A stretch of 64,000 nucleotides of DNA from Bacteroidota bacterium (GTDB taxonomy: Bacteria; Bacteroidota; Bacteroidia; Flavobacteriales; Flavobacteriaceae): contig JBHOTE010000001.1 in assembly GCA_042584125.1 (NCBI GenBank), positions 12,974-76,973 on the forward strand. Reading direction: 5' to 3'. Shown here piece after piece: positions 40,483 through 50,814 of this stretch (positions are counted from its first letter, which is position 1; each line of letters starts with the position of its first letter). Under the pieces are notes generated by a model. The model ran no database searches and was not told where the DNA came from. It saw only the letters and a program-made list of their open reading frames with translations. The position numbers and the translations under genes are program-made.

Positions 40483-40500
40483 ATATGACAAATGTCATAT
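40483..40500. promoter_or_regulatory. Palindromic operator, CRP/FNR-like (TGA-N6-TCA)
   Basis: ATATGACA-AA-TGTCATAT, perfect 8-bp inverted repeat. Confidence 0.7.
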
Positions 40501-40546
40501 ACGTGGTTTTTATTTTTATTCAATGTGCTGATATTCAATATATTGA

Positions 40547-40564
40547 ATGTAACAAATGTTACAT
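40547..40564. promoter_or_regulatory. Second palindromic operator
   Basis: ATGTAACA-AA-TGTTACAT, perfect 8-bp inverted repeat; 15 bp identical to 48710..48724. Confidence 0.7.
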
Positions 40565-40798
40565 AACGTAGTTAAACAACTGTTTTAAAACCAATTAAGA
40601 AGTAGTTGTTTTTTATTTTAATCTTTCGTTCCAGACCAAAATATTTTCCAGTGAACTTGATAGATTAAAACATATGATAAATACAGCGAAGACATCTGAA
40701 CAGAAAATCCTAGAACTCTGTTGAAGTGAAATTAATAGAAAAGTAAAAACAGAAACCATAAGAGTACGTAAATACGCACTCAAAATAAATTAAACCAC

Positions 40799-40835
40799 AA
40801 AAAAAGCTAAACAATCACTTGATTGTTTAGCTTTT
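40799..40835 (-). terminator. Intrinsic terminator of the brx gene
   Basis: AGCTAAACAATCA-CT-TGATTGTTTAGCT with a U-tract on the minus strand. Confidence 0.8.
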
Positions 40836-40894
40836 AACTAAAAAATTATCCTTAAATAATCTGTATCGGTTATTTAAGACTAGACATTTTTTTC

Positions 40895-41308
40895 TTACTT
40901 ACAATAAGAAGCGTAAGCTTCAGATAAATGATCAGCAATCATTTGAGCAGAACGACCTTCAATATGATGGCGCTCTAACATATGAACTAATTGTCCATCT
41001 TTAAACAAAGCAACTGCAGGTGAAGATGGAGGAAAAGGAATCATAAATTCTCTTGCCTTCCCAACTGCTGCACCATCAACTCCAGCAAATACTGTTGCCA
41101 AATTATTTGGTTTTGCTGCTCCTTCTAATGAAGCTATTACTCCTGGACGTGCTGTACCCGCTGCACAACCGCAAACAGAATTCACCACTACCAAAGTAGT
41201 ACCTTCTAATTTCAATGTGTTTACTACCTCTTCAGGACTTTTTAATGCAGCAAATCCTGCTTCTACCAATTGCGCTTCCATAGGCGCTGTTAATTCTTGT
41301 GGATACAT
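40895..41308 (-). CDS. BrxA/BrxB family bacilliredoxin
   Basis: [21 protein letters not shown] motifs. Confidence 0.92.
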   Translation of the reverse strand: MYPQELTAPMEAQLVEAGFAALKSPEEVVNTLKLEGTTLVVVNSVCGCAAGTARPGVIASLEGAAKPNNLATVFAGVDGAAVGKAREFMIPFPPSSPAVALFKDGQLVHMLERHHIEGRSAQMIADHLSEAYASYCK

Positions 41309-41673
41309 ATATATCTAATTCTTAATATTAAACTTTATCGGTGGCAAAGATACGCATTGAATTACGAACGAAACCCAATGTTTTCATTTTTTAACTTTAC
41401 GTTTAGAATTGGATTTCGTAACTTCAAATCCATTCTACAGAAACAATAGAAAACAGGTTTAGAGTATCTTATGACAAAAAGAACTTCCTTTGCAGATTTA
41501 TTATATAGAATGTATCAAAAAAACACCATGAATTTGATGTTCTTTACTACAATTACAATTTATTTCTAATTGGATTAAAAATATTTCATTAATGAAATTA
41601 AGACTTTATTAACGCTTGTAAACTTCAATACGTAAAGATTACTTTTATATTTGTTGCTTAATTTTTTATAAAA

Positions 41674-42417
41674 ATGGCAAGTTTTACAAAATGGTTAGGA
41701 GCTGGGTTAGGATGGTCTTTTGGAGGTCCAATAGGAGCTTTTTTAGGATATATTGTTGGTAATGCAATTGATGGATTTACGAAAAAAGACATCCAAGATT
41801 TTAGACGTCAAGCTCAAAATCACGACAACAATACCCACTCGGGAGATTTTGAAATAAGTTTATTAATCCTATCTTCTTTTGTAATTAAAGCAGATGGAAA
41901 AATTGATCAAAGAGAGTTAGATTTTGTCCGTGCTTATTTCGTTAAAATGTACGGAAAAGATAGAGCAAACCATGCTTTCCGACTTTTTAAAGGAATTATC
42001 AACAGTCAAGATGTTTCTGTTCGTCAAATATCACTACAGATTAGACAGCAAATGCAGCATGCATCTCGTTTACAATTGATGCATTATTTATTTGCTTTAG
42101 CTAAAGCTGATGAAATTGTTACGCCTGATGAATTGGATATGCTGCATAAAATTGCAGGCTATTTAAGCATTAATACGCACGACTTCGAATCTATAAAGGC
42201 AATGTTCTACAAAGATTCTGATAGTGCTTATAAAATTTTGGAAATTGAAAAAACAGCGACAGATCAGGAATTAAAAGCTGCTTATAGAAAAATGGTAAAA
42301 AAGCACCACCCAGATAAAGTTAGGCATTTAGGGGATGAACATTTAAAAGGTGCTGAAGAAAAATTCTTAAAAATTCAAGAAGCATACGAACAAATAAAAA
42401 AAGAAAGAAACCTGTAG
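41674..42417 (+). CDS. DjlA-like co-chaperone (TM + TerB-like + J domain)
   Basis: Gly-rich TM segment, KADG, C-terminal J domain with HPD. Confidence 0.88.
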   Translation: MASFTKWLGAGLGWSFGGPIGAFLGYIVGNAIDGFTKKDIQDFRRQAQNHDNNTHSGDFEISLLILSSFVIKADGKIDQRELDFVRAYFVKMYGKDRANHAFRLFKGIINSQDVSVRQISLQIRQQMQHASRLQLMHYLFALAKADEIVTPDELDMLHKIAGYLSINTHDFESIKAMFYKDSDSAYKILEIEKTATDQELKAAYRKMVKKHHPDKVRHLGDEHLKGAEEKFLKIQEAYEQIKKERNL

Positions 42418-42590
42418 ATTTTTGTAATTCATCTTTTTACTAAAAAAATAATTCCCATCTCTCTAAGGAACTCTGTAACTCACCGAGAAAAATCAACAAT
42501 TCATCGAAAATAACGAACAAGAACTTTAATAGTCCTTACATTTAAAATGTAATAGAGACTTATCTATTACATCTTTTTCATAGCAATTTT

Positions 42591-42623
42591 CCCACCTTAG
42601 TTTTTGATTAAGGTGGGTTTTTT
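42591..42623 (+). terminator. Intrinsic terminator
   Basis: CCCACCTTAG-N7-TTAAGGTGGG-TTTTTT. Confidence 0.7.
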
Positions 42624-42737
42624 ATTTAATGGCCTACATATTCCAAATCTAAAATAAACTCGTAAAAAAATTCTTTGCTTTTGTAGCTAAAAACAAAAGC
42701 CTTAAATTCGCTTTTTCATATTTAAACTCCAATAACT

Positions 42738-45350
42738 TTGGCAAAAACAAAAGCGAAAAAGGAAACTCCTTTAATGAAACAATACAACACGATTAAGGCG
42801 AAATATCCTGATGCCATGTTGTTATTTAGAGTAGGCGATTTTTATGAAACTTTTGGAACAGATGCCGTTAAAGCTGCGCGTGTTTTAAATATTACATTGA
42901 CCAAAAGAGGTGCTGGTAGCGAAACCGAAACCGCTTTAGCAGGCTTCCCCCACCATTCCTTAAACACCTACTTACCTAAGTTGGTAAAGGCAGGTATGCG
43001 AGTGGCTATTTGCGATCAGTTGGAAGATCCTAAAATGACCAAAACTATTGTAAAACGTGGTGTTACAGAATTGGTAACTCCAGGAGTTTCTTTTAATGAT
43101 GAAGTTTTACAATCCAATACTAACAACTTTTTAGCGGCCGTACATTTTGGCAAAAAGCAATTGGGAGTTTCTTTTTTAGACGTTTCTACCGGAGAATTTT
43201 TTACGGCACAAGGTTCTGAAGAATATATTGATAAATTACTTCAAAATTTTCAACCTAGTGAGGTCCTGATACAAAAACAAAACCGTGTAAAATTCAATGA
43301 AGTTTTTGGAACAACTTTTCATTCCTTTTATTTAGACGATTGGGTTTTTCAAAGTGACTTTGCCCATGAAAGTTTAGAAAAACATTTCAAGGTAAACTCC
43401 TTAAAAGGTTTTGGAATAGATACACTTTCCGAAGGGATTATTTCCTCTGGTGCTGTGCTGTATTATTTATCAGAAACACAACACAACAAAATAGAACACA
43501 TTACCTCTATTCAAAGAATACAAGAAGACAAGTATGTTTGGATGGATCGATTTACCATTCGAAATTTAGAATTATACGCTTCTACAGAAGCCAATGCGGT
43601 AACCCTTTTAAAAGTTATTGATCAAACCATTTCTCCTATGGGAGGAAGATTATTAAGAAGATGGCTAGCCTTACCTTTAAAGAATATTGCAGAAATTAAC
43701 ACACGTCAAGAAGTTGTTAAGTACCTAATGGACACTCCTGATTTCTTCGAAACGGTAAGCTACCAAATCAAACAAATTAGTGATATTGAACGATTGGTTT
43801 CTAAGGTTGCCACAGGGAAAATTCAACCTAGAGATGTAGTCAATCTTAAAAATTCTTTGAATGCCATTATTCCTATCAAAGAAGCCGCTGAAAAAAGCAG
43901 TAACACATCTTTAAAATCTATAGGAAAACAATTGCATGACTGTGCAGACATAAGAAAAACTATTGAAACTACTTTATTTGAAGATGCTCCGGTAAATATT
44001 ATCAAGGGAAATAGTATTTCTAGTGGTGTTTCTCAAGAATTAGATGACTTACGAGCGATCTCAACTTCTGGTAAAGATTATTTAGACGCCATGTTGGCTA
44101 GAGAAACAGAGCGCACTGGGATCAATTCATTAAAAATAGCTTTCAACAATGTTTTTGGCTACTATATTGAAGTCCGTAATTCACATAAAGACAAGGTTCC
44201 TGAAGAATGGATTCGTAAGCAGACTCTAGTAAATGCGGAAAGATATATTACAGAAGAATTAAAAGAATACGAAACTAAAATTCTTGGAGCTGAAGAAAAA
44301 ATAAGCAAACTAGAGCATGAATTGTATGCCAAATTGATTCATTATTTAAGTGGGCATATTCAAAAAATTCAGCTAAATGCACAACTTATTGCTCAAGTAG
44401 ATTGTTTAACTTCCTTTGCAAAAACGGCTACAGAAAACAGCTATGTTCGTCCTGTTTTGGATGAAAGTACCGACTTAGAAATAAAAAATGGGCGTCACCC
44501 AGTAATAGAAAAACAGTTGCCAATTGGCGAGGAATATATTGCGAATGATGTTGTTTTAAACAGAACGTCCCAACAAATAATAATGATTACCGGACCCAAC
44601 ATGTCTGGTAAATCTGCCATACTACGACAAACAGCCTTAATTGTATTATTAGCACAAATGGGAAGTTATGTTCCCGCTCAAAATGCAAAAATTGGTATTG
44701 TAGATAAAATTTTTACACGTGTAGGCGCTAGTGATAATATTTCTATGGGAGAATCTACTTTTATGGTAGAAATGAATGAAACCGCAAGTATTCTAAATAA
44801 TGTTTCTGACAGAAGTTTAATTTTATTAGATGAAATTGGACGAGGAACAAGTACCTATGATGGTATTTCTATTGCATGGGCTATTGCAGAATATTTACAC
44901 GAACATCCTACAAAAGCAAAAACTTTATTTGCTACGCATTATCATGAATTAAATGATATGACCAATACTTTTGAAAGAGTTAAAAACTTCAATGTTTCTG
45001 TAAAAGAATTAAAAGATACTGTTATTTTCTTACGTAAATTAGTTTCTGGTGGAAGCGAGCATAGTTTTGGTATTCATGTTGCAAAATTAGCAGGTATGCC
45101 TACTCAGGTTATTCATAGGGCCAACAAAATGCTGAAGCAATTAGAAAAAAATCACACCAATGAAGATGTGAAAGAAAAATTGAAAACTGCTAGTCAAGAG
45201 GAAGATTTACAATTGAGTTTTTTCAAATTAGACGACCCTCTTTTAGAAGATATAAAAGAAGAAATTTTAACCACAAATATTGACACCCTAACGCCTATTG
45301 AAGCTTTAATGAAGCTAAACGAGATAAAAAGGATGTTGACAAAAAAATAA
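42738..45350 (+). CDS. mutS: DNA mismatch repair protein MutS
   Basis: [34 protein letters not shown] motifs; TTG start. Confidence 0.97.
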   Translation: MAKTKAKKETPLMKQYNTIKAKYPDAMLLFRVGDFYETFGTDAVKAARVLNITLTKRGAGSETETALAGFPHHSLNTYLPKLVKAGMRVAICDQLEDPKMTKTIVKRGVTELVTPGVSFNDEVLQSNTNNFLAAVHFGKKQLGVSFLDVSTGEFFTAQGSEEYIDKLLQNFQPSEVLIQKQNRVKFNEVFGTTFHSFYLDDWVFQSDFAHESLEKHFKVNSLKGFGIDTLSEGIISSGAVLYYLSETQHNKIEHITSIQRIQEDKYVWMDRFTIRNLELYASTEANAVTLLKVIDQTISPMGGRLLRRWLALPLKNIAEINTRQEVVKYLMDTPDFFETVSYQIKQISDIERLVSKVATGKIQPRDVVNLKNSLNAIIPIKEAAEKSSNTSLKSIGKQLHDCADIRKTIETTLFEDAPVNIIKGNSISSGVSQELDDLRAISTSGKDYLDAMLARETERTGINSLKIAFNNVFGYYIEVRNSHKDKVPEEWIRKQTLVNAERYITEELKEYETKILGAEEKISKLEHELYAKLIHYLSGHIQKIQLNAQLIAQVDCLTSFAKTATENSYVRPVLDESTDLEIKNGRHPVIEKQLPIGEEYIANDVVLNRTSQQIIMITGPNMSGKSAILRQTALIVLLAQMGSYVPAQNAKIGIVDKIFTRVGASDNISMGESTFMVEMNETASILNNVSDRSLILLDEIGRGTSTYDGISIAWAIAEYLHEHPTKAKTLFATHYHELNDMTNTFERVKNFNVSVKELKDTVIFLRKLVSGGSEHSFGIHVAKLAGMPTQVIHRANKMLKQLEKNHTNEDVKEKLKTASQEEDLQLSFFKLDDPLLEDIKEEILTTNIDTLTPIEALMKLNEIKRMLTKK

Positions 45351-45387
45351 GAGTACCAATAACTATCTAAACTTGTAAACCAAAATT

Positions 45388-46005
45388 ATGGAAATAATTA
45401 TTATGCATATCAATGTAATGGGGTCTTTTGTTTTTGCTATTTCAGGGGCATTAGTTGGGCTTAGAAACAGATTAGATCTTTTTGGAGTTCTAATTGTAGC
45501 CTTTTTTACGGCCGTTGGAGGTGGAACCATTAGAGACATGTTATTGGCAGATAGAGATGTGTTTTGGTTGTTTGATACAAATATTCTTTATGCCATAGTT
45601 TCCGGGGCCATTATTGCTATGATTTTTAGAACCAAGCTCCACTTTTTTAACAAACCCATCTTTTTTTATGACGCTATAGGACTTGGGCTGTTCACTATTA
45701 CCGGTGTTCAAATTGGACTTGATTATCATTTAACTCCTGTTATTTGTGTGTTGTTAGGAACCGTTACTGGAGTTTTTGGAGGAGTTATTAGAGATATTAT
45801 TGTCAATGAAATTCCGGTTGTATTTCAAAAAGAAATTTATGCTACCGCTAGTATCTTTGGAGGAGTATTATACATAGCACTCGTGTACTTAGAAGTTCCA
45901 AATCCCTACTTACAATATATTCCTGTTACTGCAATTATTATTATAAGAATTGTAGCTGTTACTTATAATATTTCTCTTCCAACTATTTATAAAAAAGAAG
46001 AATGA
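45388..46005 (+). CDS. TRIC/UPF0126 (YadS-like) membrane protein
   Basis: Duplicated GGG..RD motifs, FAISG and DAIGLG. Confidence 0.88.
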   Translation: MEIIIMHINVMGSFVFAISGALVGLRNRLDLFGVLIVAFFTAVGGGTIRDMLLADRDVFWLFDTNILYAIVSGAIIAMIFRTKLHFFNKPIFFYDAIGLGLFTITGVQIGLDYHLTPVICVLLGTVTGVFGGVIRDIIVNEIPVVFQKEIYATASIFGGVLYIALVYLEVPNPYLQYIPVTAIIIIRIVAVTYNISLPTIYKKEE

Positions 46006-46460
46006 TTGACAACTTAGAACAAGGTTATTTTGGCATTGGAATTTTTAATGGTAAAACACCAGAAAATTTAGGCGTGCTTTGGCGTTCTGCACAAAACATG
46101 GGAGCCAGTTATATTTTTACCATTGGAAACCGATACGCAAAGCAAGCTTGCGACACCCACAAAGCAGTGGGGGCTATGCCTTATTTTCATTATACCACTT
46201 TTGAAGATTTTTACCAACAACTCCCGAAAGGAGCCATGTTAGTTGGGGTTGAATTAGATGAAAAAGCAGTTCCCTTAGAAACTTTTGAGCACCCAAGACG
46301 CTGTGTTTATTTGTTAGGAGCAGAAGATCATGGCCTGTCTAGAGTTGCCATTGAAAAATCACATCACCTAGTCAAGTTTGACACCCCAATGAGTCTGAAT
46401 GTTTCCGTAGCTGGAAGTATTGTTATGTATGACAGGAGGACAAAGAATTTTGGAAAATAA
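46002..46460 (+). CDS. SpoU/TrmH family RNA methyltransferase
   Basis: ENLG..RSA, LGAEDHGL, SLNVSVAG motifs. Confidence 0.9.
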   Translation: MIDNLEQGYFGIGIFNGKTPENLGVLWRSAQNMGASYIFTIGNRYAKQACDTHKAVGAMPYFHYTTFEDFYQQLPKGAMLVGVELDEKAVPLETFEHPRRCVYLLGAEDHGLSRVAIEKSHHLVKFDTPMSLNVSVAGSIVMYDRRTKNFGK

Positions 46461-46461
46461 A

Positions 46462-46872
46462 TTAATCTTCTACACTTTCATTCTTAAACCTTGGAAGAAT
46501 AATTCTTTTTTCATCATCAAACTCTAAATAAGCAACACCTACATCACCTGTTTTCCACGTGTCATAAGACCTTGAACCACCCTTTACATAACATTTTAAA
46601 CGCTGTCTATCTACCAATTCTTTTAAACCATATAGGCTTAAATTTTTATTCTTTTTAATTTCTCTAGTAATTATTTTAGCGCTTTCTTGGGTAATTGCAT
46701 TTAAAAAAGCCATCCCATAAGTCTCCCCATTTTGGTGGCTAAATATTTTACCATTTTCGTGATGTGTTCTAAAATCGTAAATTTTTACGCCTTCAAACCC
46801 AACATTATGTTCGTCTAATATTGCGATTGTTTTTAACTCTGAATCTATGTATTCTGCTACTTTTTTATCCAT
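46462..46872 (-). CDS. Hypothetical protein
   Basis: ATG (MDKK) 4 bp after the ridA stop; no recognisable motif. Confidence 0.6.
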   Translation of the reverse strand: MDKKVAEYIDSELKTIAILDEHNVGFEGVKIYDFRTHHENGKIFSHQNGETYGMAFLNAITQESAKIITREIKKNKNLSLYGLKELVDRQRLKCYVKGGSRSYDTWKTGDVGVAYLEFDDEKRIILPRFKNESVED

Positions 46873-46876
46873 TCTA

Positions 46877-47257
46877 TTATTTTTTAAAAGCCGTAACTTC
46901 AATTTCTATTTTCATTCTTTCATCTGCCAATCCGGCAGAAATCATTGTTGCTGCTGGTCGAACTTCCCCTAAATATTTCTTCATCGTAGGCCAGCACTTT
47001 TCAAAATCGGTTGCATTCGGTAAAATATATTGCACCTTTACAATATCTTCCATTTTCGAACCCGCTTTTTGTAAAGCATCAGCAATATTAACAAAACACT
47101 GCTCTACTTGAGATTCTACATCTTCACCAATATCCATAGTACGATAATTGAAACCTGTAGTTCCAGAGACTAAAACCCAATTACCAGTAACTACTGCTCT
47201 TGAATAAGACATTTCTTTTTCAAAGCTAGATCCTGAATTAATGTTTGTTCTATCCAT
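46877..47257 (-). CDS. RidA/YjgF family protein
   Basis: YSRAV, VSGTTG, RPAATM, KIEIEVTA motifs; start MDRT. Confidence 0.9.
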   Translation of the reverse strand: MDRTNINSGSSFEKEMSYSRAVVTGNWVLVSGTTGFNYRTMDIGEDVESQVEQCFVNIADALQKAGSKMEDIVKVQYILPNATDFEKCWPTMKKYLGEVRPAATMISAGLADERMKIEIEVTAFKK

Positions 47258-47509
47258 CTTTTTATTTCTAAGGTATCTATACCTGTTCCAGCAAGCAAAA
47301 ATAACTTGTTTAACTTGACTATATGGGTATTTTGACAAAAATTTTGAAATCTAAATATACTGAAAAAAGCATCGTATTAAACTAACTCGTCAATATTCAA
47401 AACTTCTATTTTAGAATTTCAAGTAAAATAAATTTATCCTCTAATTTTTGCAAATAAACTAAGTTCTCCTTTCATGACGATTTACTATCTTTGTAGTAAA
47501 TTTTTGAAC

Positions 47510-47782
47510 ATGGTATTATTTATTGGCGCACCGGAAGTAATGATTGTACTACTTATTGTAGTAATGTTGTTTGGAGCAGACAAAATTCCTGAAATAGCAA
47601 GAGGGCTAGGAAAAGGAATGCGTCAAATTAAAGATGCGACAAATGATATCAAAAGAGAAATTAACACCACTGCAGAAAAAAATAACATTGATTTAGATGT
47701 TACCAAAGACATCAAAAAAGAAATTAATTCTGTTAAAGATAATATAGATGATATGACAGGACCTATTAAAAGAACTTTTTAA
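47510..47782 (+). CDS. tatA: Twin-arginine translocase TatA/E
   Basis: LLIVVMLFGADKIPEIARGLGKG; TATCTTTG element at 47487 supports the later ATG. Confidence 0.9.
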   Translation: MVLFIGAPEVMIVLLIVVMLFGADKIPEIARGLGKGMRQIKDATNDIKREINTTAEKNNIDLDVTKDIKKEINSVKDNIDDMTGPIKRTF

Positions 47783-48156
47783 TAGACAGATTTTTATCAT
47801 TCTTATACTTGCTAATATTTAGTCCCCTATTTTAGGCTACTCTCTATTCTAATTCTCAACAAACCTATCGTAAAAGGAAATCGCGCTTTTATATTTTTTT
47901 TGACGACTCAATTTGTTTGCCACTTTCCTATCTATTAAAAGTATTTGAGAGAATACACAAATTATTTACATACTCTAACTTAAATAATCCCTACATTTAA
48001 AATCTACCCATTGGCAGACCTAAAACAAAATTATAGTTCTGCTTTCTAAGTACTAGTTTGTAGCAAAAGACTACCTCACATTATTATTACAACGCATAAA
48101 TAACCTAATAGCACCCTTTGAAGGAGATCTTCAAGAAGTGCTTAAATTCAGAAAAC

Positions 48157-48657
48157 ATGAATGATTCCTTAAATGTATGCTTGGCTTGTGGTTTATGTTG
48201 TGATGGAACCCTTATTGGTTTTGTACAAGTTGCTAGTGACGAATTATTTAGATTAAAAAAATTAATGGAGATAGAAGACTCAGGAAATAATGGATTTTTT
48301 CTTCAACCCTGTGATAACTATTGTGACGGGTGTAGTATCTACACAAAAAGACCTAAACAATGTATCGACTTTAAGTGCGGTCTTTTAACTTCGGTTGAAA
48401 CAAAGCAACTAGATTTTAATTCGGCCAATGAAATAATAGCCTTAGTAAAATTTCAAAAAAATGAAATCGAAAAAAAGTTAGCCTCACAAAAGTTTGTATT
48501 CAAATCGCAATCTTTTTACTTTAAAATGATTGAACTAAAAAAACAGCTAGACAAAATTAAGCCTGCATCATTAAAACCATTTCATAAAGAATTACGAGTG
48601 CATCTTACAAACCTTAACTGTTTGCTTCTTAATAGATTTGATCTTTCCTTTTTCTAA
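48157..48657 (+). CDS. YkgJ-like cysteine-cluster protein
   Basis: CLACGLCC, QPC...C..CSIY..RP.QC..F.C motifs. Confidence 0.8.
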   Translation: MNDSLNVCLACGLCCDGTLIGFVQVASDELFRLKKLMEIEDSGNNGFFLQPCDNYCDGCSIYTKRPKQCIDFKCGLLTSVETKQLDFNSANEIIALVKFQKNEIEKKLASQKFVFKSQSFYFKMIELKKQLDKIKPASLKPFHKELRVHLTNLNCLLLNRFDLSFF

Positions 48658-48709
48658 ATCGAAATAATTTTATTTATCAGTATTACTACAACTGAAACTT
48701 GTTTATAAC

Positions 48710-48725
48710 TGTAACAAATGTTACT
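48710..48725. promoter_or_regulatory. Palindromic operator upstream of the DUF6132-rhodanese operon
   Basis: GTAACA-AA-TGTTAC; followed by a TTTCTTTG -7-like element at 48747..48754. Confidence 0.65.
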
Positions 48726-48834
48726 GTAATGACGAAATATTCACGTTTTCTTTGCAGAAGAATAGGATACTAATACAAGGTTTGTTGACAAAATTATTAG
48801 AATCCTTTAAAACATTATTTAACTCGTAAAAACT

Positions 48835-49032
48835 ATGCTTGCATTTTTTATCAAATACAAATTAATTATTATTGGAATCGCCTTAGGAGCCATAGCAGGC
48901 TACGCCTATTATTCATTTATAGGATGTAACAGTGGTACATGTGCCATTACCTCTAGGCCAGTAAATAGCACTCTCTATGGTGCCGTTTTAGGTGGTTTAC
49001 TGTTAGACATGTTTAGAAAAGGTAACAAATAG
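48835..49032 (+). CDS. Small membrane protein with CxxGxC motif (DUF6132-like)
   Basis: GAIAGYAYY..IGCNSGTCAITS.P...YGA. Confidence 0.8.
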   Translation: MLAFFIKYKLIIIGIALGAIAGYAYYSFIGCNSGTCAITSRPVNSTLYGAVLGGLLLDMFRKGNK

Positions 49033-49126
49033 AGCAATGCTTGATAAAACATTGGTTATCCGAAAACCAACGTACAAAACGGTTAAAAAAAAGTCAAAAT
49101 TCTATAACAAATAAATTATTTAAAAT

Positions 49127-49408
49127 ATGGATGCAGAAATGGCATTAAAACAAAACATTGGAACGCTCGTAGATGTTCGTAGCCATCAAGAGTATATAGG
49201 AGGGAACGTTTCGGGAAGTGTAAATATTCCTGTAACAGAATTGACTCAAAGAATTGAGGAATTAAAAAGTTTAGAACAACCTTTGGTATTTTGCTGTGCA
49301 AGTGGCATGAGAAGCAGTAGAGCTACTCAAATTTTAGCAAGTATTGGCTTTGAGTGTTTTGATGCCGGATCTTGGTTAAACGCTAATTATTATCAATCTA
49401 AATCATAA
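49127..49408 (+). CDS. Single-domain rhodanese sulfurtransferase
   Basis: VDVRS..EY, SVNIP, CCASGMRS active loop. Confidence 0.88.
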   Translation: MDAEMALKQNIGTLVDVRSHQEYIGGNVSGSVNIPVTELTQRIEELKSLEQPLVFCCASGMRSSRATQILASIGFECFDAGSWLNANYYQSKS

Positions 49409-49413
49409 GAATA

Positions 49414-49728
49414 ATGTTTGAATCATTAAAAAAACTATTAGGTTTTGGACCTAAAGTAGACTTCCTTAAACTTATAAAGACTGGAGCTATTGTAGTAGAC
49501 GTAAGAACAAAAGAAGAATATAAAACAGGAAATATTAAAAAATCTATAAATATTCCTTTACATGTTTTACAAAACAATCTGTCTAAAATAAAAAAGGATA
49601 AAACAATTATTACTTGTTGTGCTTCTGGTATGAGGAGTAATTCTGCCAAAAACATTCTTTTATCTAATGGTTACACCAATGTATATAACGGTGGGGGATG
49701 GACAAGATTAAATTCTAAAATTAATTAA
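49414..49728 (+). CDS. Single-domain rhodanese sulfurtransferase
   Basis: VDVRT.EEY, SINIPL, CCASGMRS, NGGGW motifs. Confidence 0.9.
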   Translation: MFESLKKLLGFGPKVDFLKLIKTGAIVVDVRTKEEYKTGNIKKSINIPLHVLQNNLSKIKKDKTIITCCASGMRSNSAKNILLSNGYTNVYNGGGWTRLNSKIN

Positions 49729-49862
49729 TTTTAGAAGAACAATGAGTTTGTCCAAGTTGCTTATAGAAAACGGAGGTTAAAAAGTTCGTTTATTAAAACA
49801 GCTGAACCAAAAATGGTTCAATGTATTTTTTTACCTCCTAATCTTTAACAAACGAATTCAGA

Positions 49863-50504
49863 TTACTTTACTCTAGTTAAAGTTAAACCGTCACGAATAG
49901 GTAATAATACAGTTTCTACTCTAGTATCTTCATTAATGTATTTGTTGTAAGCCAACAATTCTTTTGTATCAACATCTTTTGGGTTTAATGCTTCCACTAC
50001 TTTTCCACTCCACAACACATTGTCTGAAAGAATAACCCCTCCAGAATTCATTTTATCAATTATTAAATCGAAATAATTAGAATAATTTGCTTTATCAGCA
50101 TCGATAAAAACCAAGTCAAATTTTTCTTCAAGTGTTGGAATTATTTCCAGAGCATTGCCAACATATTGCACTATTTGATTTCCAAAATCGGATTTATCAA
50201 AATATTTTCGTTGTAAATCATACAATTCTTCATTCTTATCAATGGTATGTAATTTCCCATTGTCTGCCATTCCTTCAGCCATACAAAGTGCAGAATATCC
50301 GGTATAAGTTCCTATTTCTAAAATATTTTTTGGCCGAATTAATTTAGAAATCATAGACAAAATACGTCCTTGAAAACCACCACTTAGCATACGCGGATTT
50401 AAAACCGTTTGCCAAGTTTCTCTATTCAATTCTTTTAATAATTGAGGTTCTTGCTGCGAATGCGCAACAACGTAATCATCAAGTTTTTCTGGTAAAAAAT
50501 CCAT
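49863..50504 (-). CDS. O-methyltransferase (caffeoyl-CoA/YrrM-type)
   Basis: LEIGTYTGYS, FIDADK, DNVLWSG, RDGL motifs. Confidence 0.9.
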   Translation of the reverse strand: MDFLPEKLDDYVVAHSQQEPQLLKELNRETWQTVLNPRMLSGGFQGRILSMISKLIRPKNILEIGTYTGYSALCMAEGMADNGKLHTIDKNEELYDLQRKYFDKSDFGNQIVQYVGNALEIIPTLEEKFDLVFIDADKANYSNYFDLIIDKMNSGGVILSDNVLWSGKVVEALNPKDVDTKELLAYNKYINEDTRVETVLLPIRDGLTLTRVK

Positions 50505-50551
50505 AAATATTGGCGTCGTATTTTTTGAAGAACAAAATTAGAAATTAAGTA

Positions 50552-50806
50552 CTATTCCTTAAAGTTTTCTAACTTTTTTTTCATCAATTCCTTTTCTTCT
50601 TCTGTCATGGAACAAATGGAGGAACCTCCTTTGTGTAAATTCAAAATTTTAGAAAGTAAGGTATTTTGTTTTGTATACAAGGCACAAATTTTACAACCCA
50701 AAAAATGGAATTTTAATTTGATAATTTCAATAATCGTTGCTTTCCCATATTGCGATTTATCACAAATGGCAGTAGCTTCATCACAGGTTAATTTAAATTT
50801 CGACAT
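50552..50806 (-). CDS. Soluble zinc-binding anti-sigma factor (ZAS-like)
   Basis: N-terminal Cys plus HxxxCxxC (HFLGCKIC); directly downstream of the ECF sigma. Confidence 0.72.
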   Translation of the reverse strand: MSKFKLTCDEATAICDKSQYGKATIIEIIKLKFHFLGCKICALYTKQNTLLSKILNLHKGGSSICSMTEEEKELMKKKLENFKE

Positions 50807-50814
50807 ATCCCCCT

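Noticed and set aside
42458-42490. CTCTCTAAGGAACTCTGTAACTCACCGAG resembling a flavobacterial intergenic repeat
   Set aside because: Single degenerate copy with no partner in the window; cannot be supported.
47258-47338. Longer starts for ridA (47338), also tatA (47474) and the ykgJ-like gene (48118)
   Set aside because: The extensions lack family similarity; for tatA a TAnnTTTG promoter element lies inside the extension.
47783-48156. Long intergenic region with a weak hairpin (GCAGAC...TTCTGC) as a candidate riboswitch
   Set aside because: No recognisable aptamer consensus; the pairing is short for AT-rich DNA.
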